This document shows, in pieces, positions 24,366 through 35,599 of a stretch of DNA of 64,000 nucleotides. The first letter of the stretch is position 1; each line of letters begins with the position of its first letter. The stretch is taken from NCBI RefSeq assembly GCF_006345805.1, contig NC_043005.1:105958001-106022000 (forward strand). Reading direction: 5' to 3'. The stretch is from Octopus sinensis (Eukaryota). The notes beneath the pieces are model-generated. The model ran no database searches. It worked only from the letters and a program-made list of their open reading frames with translations, and was not told where the DNA came from. Both the position numbers and the translations under genes were made by a program.

Positions 24366-24550
24366 GATATTTTCATGAGTTTACTCATTGATACTCCCTG
24401 TGATGCATTGGTACACTGATGTTTATTTTGATGCACTAATACTCACTTTTGATACTCTCTGCGATACGTTACTACACACTTTGGTTAGTCATTGGATATG
24501 ATGATGATGATAAGGATAATAAAAAAAAGGGAAAGAAAAATAGAAAGAGA

Positions 24551-24720
24551 CTTTTGGTACAGGGCCAGCAGTTTTGTGGGGAGGGGCAAATCGATCACAT
24601 CACCTTCAGTACTTGGCTGGTACTTTATTTTATTGACCCGGGGGGGATGAATGGCAAAACTGACCTCAGTAGAATTTGAGCTCGGAATATAAAGACGGAT
24701 GAAATGCTGCTAAGTATTTA
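24551..24720 (-). mobile_element. SINE-B, partial
   Basis: Family match. Confidence 0.75.
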
Positions 24721-24734
24721 GTCCAGTATACTTT

Positions 24735-25123
24735 TTTGCTCTTTTACTTGTTTCAGGCATTTGACTGTGGCCATGCTGGAGCACCGCCTTTAGTCGAGCA
24801 AATCGACTCCAGGACTTATTCTTTGTAAGTCTAGTACGTATTCTATCAGTCTTTTGCCGAACCACTAAGTTACGGGGACGTAAATACACCAGCATCGGTT
24901 GTAAAGCGATGTTGGGGGGACAAACACAGACGCACAAACACAAACACACACACATACACATATATACGACGGGATTCTTTCAGTTTCCATCTATCAAATC
25001 CACTTACGAGGCTTTGGTCGGCCCAAGGTTATAGTAGAAGACACTTGCCCAAGGTGCCATGTAGTGGGACTGAACCCCGAACTATGTGGTTGGTAAGCAA
25101 GCTACTTACCACACAGCCACTCC
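24735..25123 (-). mobile_element. SINE-A, full length
   Basis: Family match. Confidence 0.9.
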
Positions 25124-25157
25124 TAATTCTACCAACTCACTGCCATTTTTTTTCAAA

Positions 25158-25375
25158 TAATAATAATGGTTTCTAATTTAGGCACAAGGCCAGCAGTTTT
25201 CACAGGAGTGAGTTTGTTGATTCCATTGACTCCAGTATTTCATAGGTACTATGTTTTATTGACCACAAAAGATGAAAAGCAAAGTTGATCTCAGTGATAT
25301 TTAAATTCAGAAAGTAAGGAACCAGAAGAAATACTGCAAGGCATTTTTTCTGGTGTTCTAAGGGTTCTACCCATC
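25158..25375 (-). mobile_element. SINE-B, diverged
   Basis: Family match. Confidence 0.7.
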
Positions 25376-25376
25376 C

Positions 25377-25408
<32 letters not shown>

Positions 25409-25451
25409 TAATAATAATAATAACAATAATAATAATAATAACAATAATAAT

Positions 25452-25489
<38 letters not shown>

Positions 25490-25694
25490 CAACAACAACA
25501 ACAACAACAATAACAATAATAATGATAATAATGATAATAATAATAATAACAATAATAATGATAATAATGATAATAATAATAAAAATAATAATAATAATAA
25601 TAACAATAATAATAATAATAATAATAATGATAATAACAATAATAATAACAATAATAATAATAATGATAACAACAACAACAACAACAACAATAAC

Positions 25695-25753
<59 letters not shown>

Positions 25754-25770
25754 TGATGATAATAAATAAG
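25376..25770. repeat. (AAT)n/(AAC)n compound microsatellite
   Basis: Visible directly. Confidence 0.95.
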
Positions 25771-25914
25771 GAAGATGATTTCATATATTTGCCACCAGTG
25801 CAAAGGATGAAGGGGACAACACAAAGACAAACATAAAGTGAAGGGATTTACATGTAATAAAATGATAAAATAATTAAATAAGTGGCAAAAAAAGTAAGTA
25901 TACACAGTATAGTA

Positions 25915-26182
25915 GTGGAGGCACGTGGCTTAGTGGTTAGGGTGTCAGCATCATGATTGTAAGATTGTGGTTTCGATTCCTGGACTGAGTGACTCGTTGT
26001 ATACTTGAACAAAACACTTCATTTCACATTGCTCCAGTCCACTCAGCTGGCAAAAATGAGTAACACTGCGATGGACTGGCGTCCTGTCCAGCTGGGGAAC
26101 ACATACGCCATGGAAAATAGGAAACCGGGCCCATGAGCCTGACTAGGCTTTAAAAAGGGCGCATTTATTATTTTTTTTTTTC
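25915..26182 (+). mobile_element. SINE-C with 15-bp TSD
   Basis: tRNA-like head. V-domain-like CTGCGATGGACTGGCGTCCTGTCCAG. ATACACAGTATAGTA at 25900-25914 and 26183-26197. Confidence 0.9.
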
Positions 26183-26929
26183 ATACACAGTATAGTAATA
26201 TTTAATAATAATAATAATAATAATAATTATAATAATAATAATAATAGTAATAATAAAAATAATAATAATAATAATAGCGATAAGGCAATTCGAGCAATTT
26301 TGACGTCATTGACTCCTGTACTTGACAGGAACTTTTATTTTATCAACTCCAGAGAGATGAAAGGCAAAATTGTATCTTCCTTAGGAAATGTTATGAAGCA
26401 AAGTTAGTCATTATGTTGTATGCTGGAAATTAAAGAATGAAAACAATATCAAAACAAAAATGAAAGCTTACAGTTACATCTTATGTTATAATATTTTGGC
26501 TAAAAAATCCTTCATCAAAATATAATGGAAATCAAGCTTAGCTCTGGTCAGCATATTAGCCATCACCTTTAGTAATATTAAATACTTACAAAAACTAAAG
26601 CTACGCATATGATATGTAACCAACAGTCATTTGTATCAATCCCTTGTGCCTCATTTGGAATTGCAACTGATTTTATTGAGCTCAAAAGACTTAAAGGTAA
26701 AGTCGGCTTTTGTAAGATTTCAAATGAGAATGTCATAATTAAACTACTGCATGACAGACTTTGCCTGATGCTTTGACGATTTAGTCATGTATATACATGT
26801 GACAGTGTTGTGTGTATGTGCATGTGTATGTGTCATTCATATGATGGTGTCATTGTTGACGATATGCTGTGAAAACACATCTAGTCTACGAAAAACTGCC
26901 TCCAATAAGTTTCGTCTGTCCCATGTTCC

Positions 26930-27882
26930 TTATTTCTTTACTACCCACAAGGGGGTAAACACAGAGAGGACAAACAAGGACTGACAAATGGACTAAGTCG
27001 ATTACATCGACCCCAGTGCGTAACTGGTACTTATTTAATCAACCCCCAAAAGGATGAAAGGCAAAGTCAACCTTGGCGGAATTTGAACTCAGAACGTAGC
27101 GGCAGAAGAAATACCTATTTCTTTACTACCCACAAGGGGCTAAACACAGAGAGGACAAACAAGGACAGACAAAGGGATTGAGTCGATTACATCGACCCCA
27201 GTGCGTAACTGGTACTTATTTAATCGACCCCGAAAGGATGAAAGGCAAAGTCGACCTCACCGGAATTTGAACTCAGAACGTAGCTGCGGGCGAAATACCT
27301 ATTTCTTTACTACCCACAAGGGGCTAAACACAGAGAGGACAAACAAGGACAGACAAAGGGATTGAGTCGATTACATCGACCCCAGTGCGTAACTGGTACT
27401 TATTTAATCGACCCCGAAAGGATGAAAGGTAAAGTCGACCTCACCGAATTTGAACTCAGAACGTAGCTGCGGGCGAAATACCTATTCTTTACACCCACAA
27501 GGGCTCAAGAGGACAAAAAGGACAGACAAAGGGATTGAGCGATTACATCGACCCCAGTGCGTAACTGTATTATTAATCGACCCCGAAAGGATGAAAGGTA
27601 AAGTCGACCTCACCGGAATTTGAACCAGAACGTAGCGGCGGGCGAAATACCTATTTCTTTACTACCCACAAGGGGCTAAACACAGAGAGGACAAACAAGG
27701 ACAGACAAAGGGATTAAGTCGATTACATCGACCCCAGTGCAAAACTGGTACTTAATTTATCGACCCCGAAAGGATGAAAGGTAAAGTCGACCTCAGCGGA
27801 ATTTGAACTCAGAACGTAGCGGCGGGCGAAATACCGCTAAGCATTTTGCCCAGTGTGCTAACGTTTCTGGCAGCTCGCCACC
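26930..27882 (-). mobile_element. SINE-B concatemer: one headed unit plus four headless units of about 184 bp
   Basis: Unit boundaries at about 26930, 27115, 27299, 27482 and 27651. Complete head at 27830-27882. Confidence 0.9.
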
Positions 27883-27968
27883 TTCTGTCCCATTTTAGCA
27901 GGAAAAAAATCTACATTAAAATTATGGTGATGGTTACAGACACATACATACACACACACACACGCTCG

Positions 27969-27999
<31 letters not shown>

Positions 28000-28324
28000 A
28001 CACAAACATGCATGCACACACATTCACATGCTCACAAGCACACACACATTTCTGTAAGTGATTGTGCAAATTGATGCAGATGTTGACATTCCCTGTTGAC
28101 AATATGACTGTTTGCTTTTCACTTTTGGAGATACGAGGAATGAAGAAATCCTTCTCTTGAAAAACAGGTAAAAGTTGGTGACTGGAAGAGCATCCAACCA
28201 TAAAACTCTGACTCAGCTAACTCTCTGTCTAAACTCAGTGAGTTAACTGAATCGTACACCCTCCTACACATACACATGCACACACAAAACATTCACACAC
28301 TTCTGCTACTAAGTATTGTTCTAG

Positions 28325-28625
28325 ACACATGGCTCAGTGGTTACAGCATTGGGTTCACAACCATGAGGCATTGGGTTCAATTCTCAGACCAGTCTGTATG
28401 TTGTGTTCTTGAGCAAGACACTTTATTTCACGTTGCTCCAGTTCACTCAGCTGTAAAAATGAGTTACAATGTCTCTGGTGCCAAGCTTTGCCCTTCCCTT
28501 GGACAACACTGGTGGCATGGAGAGGGAAGGTTGGTATGCTTGGGCATGCTCGGACTTGTGTCTTGGAGGGGAACTTTCTAGGTGCAATTCCACAGTTATT
28601 CATGACCGAAGGTGGTCCTTACTCT
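28325..28625 (+). mobile_element. SINE-C-related element
   Basis: TGGCTCAGTGGTT...GGTTCAATTC head and CTTGAGCAAGACACTT core. Confidence 0.7.
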
Positions 28626-28795
28626 TTATTGTTCTAACTAATATGGAATAGTTTCATGTTGTGTTAATTGGTCGTGGGTATTTGAAATCATATTTGATAT
28701 CACATAGAGGGCCTGAAATACAATAAGCACAAGCCTGTGGCACAACACACACACACACATATGCACATACATATACACAACACAGTCACATGTAT

Positions 28796-29022
28796 GCGAG
28801 CTGGCAGAAACGTTAGCACGCTGGGCGAAATGCTTAGCAGTATTTCGTCTGCCGTTACGTTCTGAGTTCAAATTCCGCCGAGGTCGACTTTGCCTTTCAT
28901 CCTTCCAGGGTCGATAAATAAAGTACCAGTTTTGCACTGGGGTCGATGTAATCGACTTAATCCCTTTGTCTGTCCTTGTTTGTCCCCTCTATGTTTAGCC
29001 CCTTGTGGGTAGTAAAGAAATA
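28796..29022 (+). mobile_element. SINE-B monomer
   Basis: Head plus one body unit, ending GTAGTAAAGAAAT. Confidence 0.9.
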
Positions 29023-29902
29023 TATTTATATTCACATATGTGTGTATGTTTGTGTGTATGGAACAAAAGAATAAAAAAGACAAAGTAGAACTGCTTTGGT
29101 TCAAATTCATACAATTTTCACTTCTTTAATTCTGTCCAACACCAGGAACAATGGTACAATGAAAATGAAACAAATCACTTGGATAATGATGATGATGATG
29201 ATGATGATAGCAATCACGATCAGGATCATCATCATCATCATGATAGCAATTATAAACAAGTTGATGATGATGATGGTGGTGGTGGTGGTGGTGGTGGTGG
29301 GGCTGATATCAATGATAATGATGATGGTGTTGGTGTTTAAAGCATATCACACAGTTTACTCATATTTTCACAAAATAGTTTCTTCTTTTCTTGCCGTTGC
29401 TGCATGTTGTTGTTGCAGTTGTAGTTTAAGACAACTTTGAGTCTTTCTCCCTTTCCTTCTTTCTTTCTATTCTAGTTTCCTTGTTCAATGAGGAAAAAAA
29501 TATTAAAAAAAAGGGATAAAAATAAAATAGAAAAAAATAATAATAATAATAATAATAATAATGATAATAATAATAATAAAAACTTGCCAACTTAGCTTGC
29601 AACTTAATTTTTCTATCAGCCTTATCTTCAATTACCAAAGATTTTAGCGAACTTTCCCAGAAACAAAAAGCCGATTAATTTAAAGAAGCTGAAATCTTCC
29701 CATGGCCAGAATCACACACACACACACACACACACATAGAGTCACATGCACACATATCAATTGATAGGTATATACACACAATAACATACAGATATGCAGC
29801 AATATTTATGCTTACACAAATATACAGATGCATACTACATATGCTCATATATATAAGTACATACATATGTATACACAAATGCATACATACACATATATAT
29901 AT

Positions 29903-29969
<67 letters not shown>

Positions 29970-30576
29970 CATGTACGGACATGTATTTTAGACGTACGTG
30001 CTAAGCTTCCAAACTGAATACCTGATGTATATAGTTAAGTACATACCTTTCAAAGAATGAAAAATTAAAAAGCAAAAAAAAAACCAAAAACCTTACGCAT
30101 GAAAATTATTTAAAAAATACACACACACAAAAACTAAAAATAAATAGTATAGGAGAATATCATTAACACCACCACCAACAACAACAGGAATTCTTTCTAT
30201 GTCTTGGCACTAGATTAGAGTATGCATTTGGTAAGGAAATTAAATGTATAAATGCAGTGGATGAAGAATGGTAAGGAAAACAGAAAACGTTTAATCAAAT
30301 AAGTATTAAGTTGGTTATATATACATTTATACATACGTATATATGTCTGTACACAATACAAATATATGTGTATTTTTTTGGTACTTTTTTTTTATTGTAG
30401 TTTGTATTCATTTTTATCTCCTTTCTTTGTTTTGTTTTCATTATTATTTCAAATTTATTTTTGTTTTGTTTTGCTTTGTCTTTGCTTTTTGTTTTTTTCA
30501 TTTTTTTCATTTACCTTTTATCTTCAATTCTTGCTTCCAAATTTGTGCCTGACAACTTCATTGAATGATAAAAAAC

Positions 30577-30620
<44 letters not shown>

Positions 30621-30961
30621 GCTGCTGCTGCTGCTGTTGCTCCATCTTCTTCATTTCCTCCTCCTTCTTCTTCTTCTTCTTCTTCTTCTTCTGCTTCCGC
30701 CTCCTCCTCATCCCCCTCCTCCTCTTTTCTCAGTAACAGTTCTGGCATGATAAAGTAATTATCAAAGAAAGAATCCAAATATTAGCCATGAAATATTTGA
30801 AATTCAGTTTTATGGACATCATATATATGTATGTATATATGTATATATAATGTGTATATATTACATACTTACACATAGATATAGATATAGGTAGATACAA
30901 TTACACACCATGCACTTGACCACATGCACACACACACACACACACACTCTATAAGCCAGCC

Positions 30962-31340
30962 CCAAACTCAACTCGTCCTGTCGAAAGACCCATGTCCTAC
31001 GTTCTGGTTTTGTTTTTATCCTTACCATTATTGTTTTTACGTTTTTGTATTCTTATTCGTGCTTTCCTTATTGTTTTCATGTATTTTTATTCGTGTACAT
31101 CGTCCGTTTACCGTCCTTGTGTTGTATACATTCGAGGCTTTCTTCCAAGGGATCTAATGTGCTTGGCTTAGATTTCCCTTGGTGGCTGCCCAGGTCAGAG
31201 CAATCTCAAGATTAATCAGCCGAAATTGCGAAGATGATCTGGTTCTTGACTGATGACTGGGAGCTTCGAATGTCCCGTCCTGTGGTTCTTGTGTCGTCTT
31301 CTAGGTGTTTCACGTCCTTGTCCCAGTTTGTATATATTTT
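30962..31340. repeat. Unclassified CpG-retaining element, possibly a PLE terminal repeat
   Basis: CpG-rich block bounded by microsatellites. Single copy here, so the family assignment is inference. Confidence 0.3.
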
Positions 31341-31348
31341 TTACTTTT

Positions 31349-31437
<89 letters not shown>

Positions 31438-31724
31438 TGATTGATTGATTGATAGATAGATTGATAGATACATACATACATACATACATACATATAAAAA
31501 CATGTATACACTGATTCAGATGTGCCATTCCTCAAAGTCATGCTGTAATATGAAGTTCTGTAACAGGAGATCTATTTTCCAATGAGTTCCATGCTTCAGA
31601 GAACTCAATGAAGAGAGAAGGTAAGAGGAATATGTTCCATGTAAAAGATTTCCATAATGCGGCAAGACTTTAGGGACTCAACACTGGTGTAAAGAAGGGA
31701 ATTCTTGTATGGAACTCTGAATTT

Positions 31725-31921
31725 TATTCTTTTATTCTTTTACTTGTTTCAGTCATTTGACTGCAGCCATGCTGGAGCACTGCCTTTAGTCGAACAAATT
31801 GACCCCAGGACTTATTCTTTCTAAGCCTAGTACTTATTCTATCAGTCTATTTTGCCGAACTGCTAAGTTATGGGGATGTAAACACACCAATATCGGTTGT
31901 CAAGAAATGTTGGGGGGACAA

Positions 31922-31995
<74 letters not shown>

Positions 31996-32162
31996 CACAT
32001 ATATATATTCATACATGACGGGCTCTTTTCAGTTTCTGTCTACCAAATCCACTCACAAGGCTTTGGTCGGCCTGAGGCTATAGTAGAAGACACTTGCCCT
32101 AAGTGCCACGCAGTGGGATTGAACCCAGAACATGTGGTTGATAAGCGAGTTTCTTACCACAC
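31725..32162 (-). mobile_element. SINE-A
   Basis: Family match. Confidence 0.9.
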
Positions 32163-32347
32163 ACACATGCAAATGGGGACACATGCATACATACATGTAT
32201 ACACACAGACACAAACACACACACGCACATATATATGTGGATATATATATGTATATGTGTATGTGTTTGTGTGTGTGGGTGTGGTTGTGTGTGTATGTAT
32301 ATATGTGTGTATATGTGTATATATATATATACATATATATATGTGTG

Positions 32348-32391
<44 letters not shown>

Positions 32392-33942
32392 TGCAAACAA
32401 AGACAAAAACACACACACATATATACTTATACATGAACACCAATGCATATATGCTTGCACACGAACACGAAGATCTTACACAGAAATATATGTACATATA
32501 AAAAAATGACTCACTAGCATACATGTACCAGAGGAGACAAATCCTAGAACAAATCCATATTAAATTCTATCTATTTTACTCCCGTTCCAACCTTGCTTCA
32601 ACCAATCTCTTGTTCTTAAAGACTTTAACACCTTTAAAACATGATAAATAAAATCCCCTCTAAATCTTCTCAATTACCAAAATAATACTGGAATTTAGGT
32701 CTAGAAATAATTCATTAATTCTTGTTCTTGAAATAATTCCTTAATTTTACTTATGTAAGTTTTCTCTTAAATTTGTTACCTACACACGCCACACCTCTCC
32801 CCTATGTATGAATGTGTGTAAGCATGCATTTATGCATGCATGTAACTATGAATATATACATACATCTGTGTATGTGTGTACATGAATGTGCATATATATA
32901 TAAGCATATACATATATATGTATATCTCTGTATTAAGATGTATATAAACACATTTGTATTACATTCTTTTTATGTATTACATTTTTACATATAACACATA
33001 CATTACAAACTGTATATACACACACACACAAATGTGTGTTTATATATATGTACATGTTTGTATACATATACACGTACATATCTATGCATTTACATATATA
33101 TATGTGTGTGTATGTATGTATAACATCCAATTATATTGTAATTAACTTCCAATTACTATCGTTACAGGTGGTAACAGCTTACAGAGCATATTTAAAAATG
33201 TTTAGTAATCACAAGTTGCTTGTTTGCTAGTTTCAGACATATGAGACCATTCACGTGGAATATCTTCTTTCTCTTCCGTCAAAAAATCAAAACAAAAACA
33301 ACGGAAAATGAAAGAAGTACAAAGGAAAGATAAAAGACGAAACCAAGGTACAGAAGGTAATTACAGACAGCAAGACAACAGTACATTTAACAAGGTAAAC
33401 AGAAGAGGGAACAATAACAGAAGAACCCTTTTGGGAGCATGATGGAAGAAACAGAGTCGTTGGGTTGAGAGTGAGGCAGAGGTGGGGACAGGGGAATGAT
33501 CTGTGTGAGTGTTTGTGTGCGTATATGTGTTTGCATATTTATGTAGATGCAAAGGTGAAGCGATTGCCATGTGGTCAAAAAGGCTGCTTTACTACCACAT
33601 GGTTTTTTTCAATTCAGTAGCACAGCAGGACAACACAATGGACATGTGTATTCTGTGATTAAGTTTGGTTGACTAATGCCTTGTTAAAGTGGTTTCATAG
33701 TACATAGCCATAAATAATTTCACCCACACACACATGAAAGGGTGCTGAAAAGTTCCTGGCTTCAAGGGCATCACAAAGGCAGGTTGGGGGCCCAAACTTC
33801 TGTGTTCTTTTACAGGGTTTAGAAACACTGAGAGATTGCTGCAATAAGTGTGTGAATCTGAGATGGGAATATGATCAATAAAATCATAATCAACCGATCC
33901 TCTTGTATTTTCTTTTAACCAAAGCACACGTGTGTATGTGTA

Positions 33943-34760
33943 GGGTCATCCCATAAATAATGCACTTTTTTTATAATTCTTTTAATTTTCAAAATTAAGA
34001 TAAATAAAGTTCTTTTTTTTTTAACTAAAATATAGTCTCCTTCGTTTTGTACAATGCTCTTCCATCTGTCTGGTAGGGGACTTACAAGGCTCCTCTTCCA
34101 AAATTCACTTGTCTATGACAGAAAATACTCCTCCAGTACTGTTCTGACCTCATCTACTCAATATTTTCTGGTCAAATTATTTTGAAAACAGCGGAATAAA
34201 TGATAATCAGACAGGGCAGTGTCCAGCAAATATTGTTGGATGGGGCATTTTTTCCCATTCAAACTGCTCCAGTCTTTGAGATGTCATCCTTGTTGTATGT
34301 GGCTGAGCATTACCCTGATGGAAGAACACCTTTTGTCTTGAAACCAAAGATGGTCGTTTTTCTTTTAGTGCTGACTTAAGCCACTCAAACTGCTTGCAGT
34401 AGATCCTTGTTATTATTTGGTTTGGGTTTAAAAGCTGAAAAACCTTTCATATCCCACCAAATAGACAACGATACCTTACTTAGATGAAGAACTTCTTTAG
34501 CCTGGGGCGCTGGTGTTTCTCCTTTCCCTAGCTACCGTCTTTGGCACTTGGTATTTTTATAGAGAATGCATTTCTCATCACCAGTCACTTTTCAGTCCAA
34601 AAAAGGTTCATTTGTGGGACATGACAGCAAAGAGGAGCACACATTTACTCTCTGCATGTGATTAGACTCGGAAAGTCTGTGAGGAACCCACTGACCCAAT
34701 TTGTTGACTTTTCCAATGGCACACAGGTGTTGATGAATGGTTTAGTGACCAAATCAATTG
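33943..34760 (-). pseudogene. Mariner (DD34D) transposase remnant, 3' portion with one terminal repeat
   Basis: Translations GQWVPHRL, TGDEKC, KVSLSIWWDMKG, FFHQGNAQPHT, MPHP and ALSDYHLFR. TA|GGGTCATCCCATAAATAATGC at the end. Confidence 0.9.
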
Positions 34761-34780
34761 CCGGGTATGCGAAAAATAAT

Positions 34781-34986
34781 CCAAAAATCAAGGAATGGAG
34801 CAGATAAAACCTGGGCTACATATGTTGCATTGTGGGTGGAACCCTAGAAGTAATATACTGCTGGCTACTTTTCAGACCTGAAGAGTAGCCTGCAGTATAC
34901 ACCTCACTAGGATAAGTACTACTTCCAAGGCTCCATTATGAAACATATGTAGGCCAGGTTTTACCTACTCTATTCCTTAATTTTGG
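34781..34986. mobile_element. Fold-back MITE-like element
   Basis: Inverted arms centred on TTCAG-AC-CTGAA (34871-34882). The right arm has an insertion of about 19 nt. Confidence 0.7.
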
Positions 34987-35082
34987 GGTTTATACACACA
35001 CACACACACATATACGAGAAGTCAAAAATTATCCATGATTTCACCTTAACATATTTTAATTATTGTCACACTGCCTTATAGT

Positions 35083-35582
35083 GTGCTTATAGATGGTACT
35101 ATTGTGCTCATGTGATCGAAGTTTAAGCCTGATTGCACCATTTTTATCTTTGGCTCTAAAGTGTAAGCATAGCCACTCCACTAGCAATGTGCACCAAAGA
35201 AGAACAAAGAGTAGTAATCCAAGGTATGTCAGGTGCCGAAATTCATTGGAGGCTTTTAGCACAATATGGGGACTGCACTACAGCATAGAAGTGTATATGA
35301 GTGGATCGGAAAGTTTAAAAGTAGCCAGACAAGTGTGACACACAAAGAGGGAGTAGGACGCCTGTCAACCTCCACCACTGATGAGAAGAATCAGCAAGCT
35401 TGAGAGATGGTAACGGTAAAGCAGTTCCCCATTACCATCTCTCAAATCCCTTCTCTTTGTTCTTCTTTGGTGCACATTGCTAGTGGAGTGGCCATGCTTA
35501 CACTGTAAAGCCAGAAAGAAAAATGGTGAGATCAGGCTCAAACTTCGATCATGTGAACGCAATAGTACCAACTATAAGCATG
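35083..35582. mobile_element. Mariner 5'-end fold-back derivative
   Basis: Arms of about 130 bp. + strand encodes ATPLAMCTKEEQRVVI...AEIHWRLLAQYG / VYEWIGKFK...GRLSTSTTDE, a mariner N-terminal HTH region. Confidence 0.85.
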
Positions 35583-35599
35583 TATGGCAGATCTGAAGA

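Noticed and set aside
26930-27882. CRISPR-like array
   Set aside because: The units are wholly repetitive SINE bodies with no unique spacers, there are no cas genes, and the context is eukaryotic.
28131-28167. 37-nt exon candidate DTRNEEILLLKN
   Set aside because: The segment and its donor resemble 50660-50715 and run into an RTE-like GGAAGAGCATCCA motif, so it is repeat-derived.
31250-31275. CTGATGA...CGAAT as a hammerhead
   Set aside because: No stem II pairing, GAAA is broken, and no stem I.
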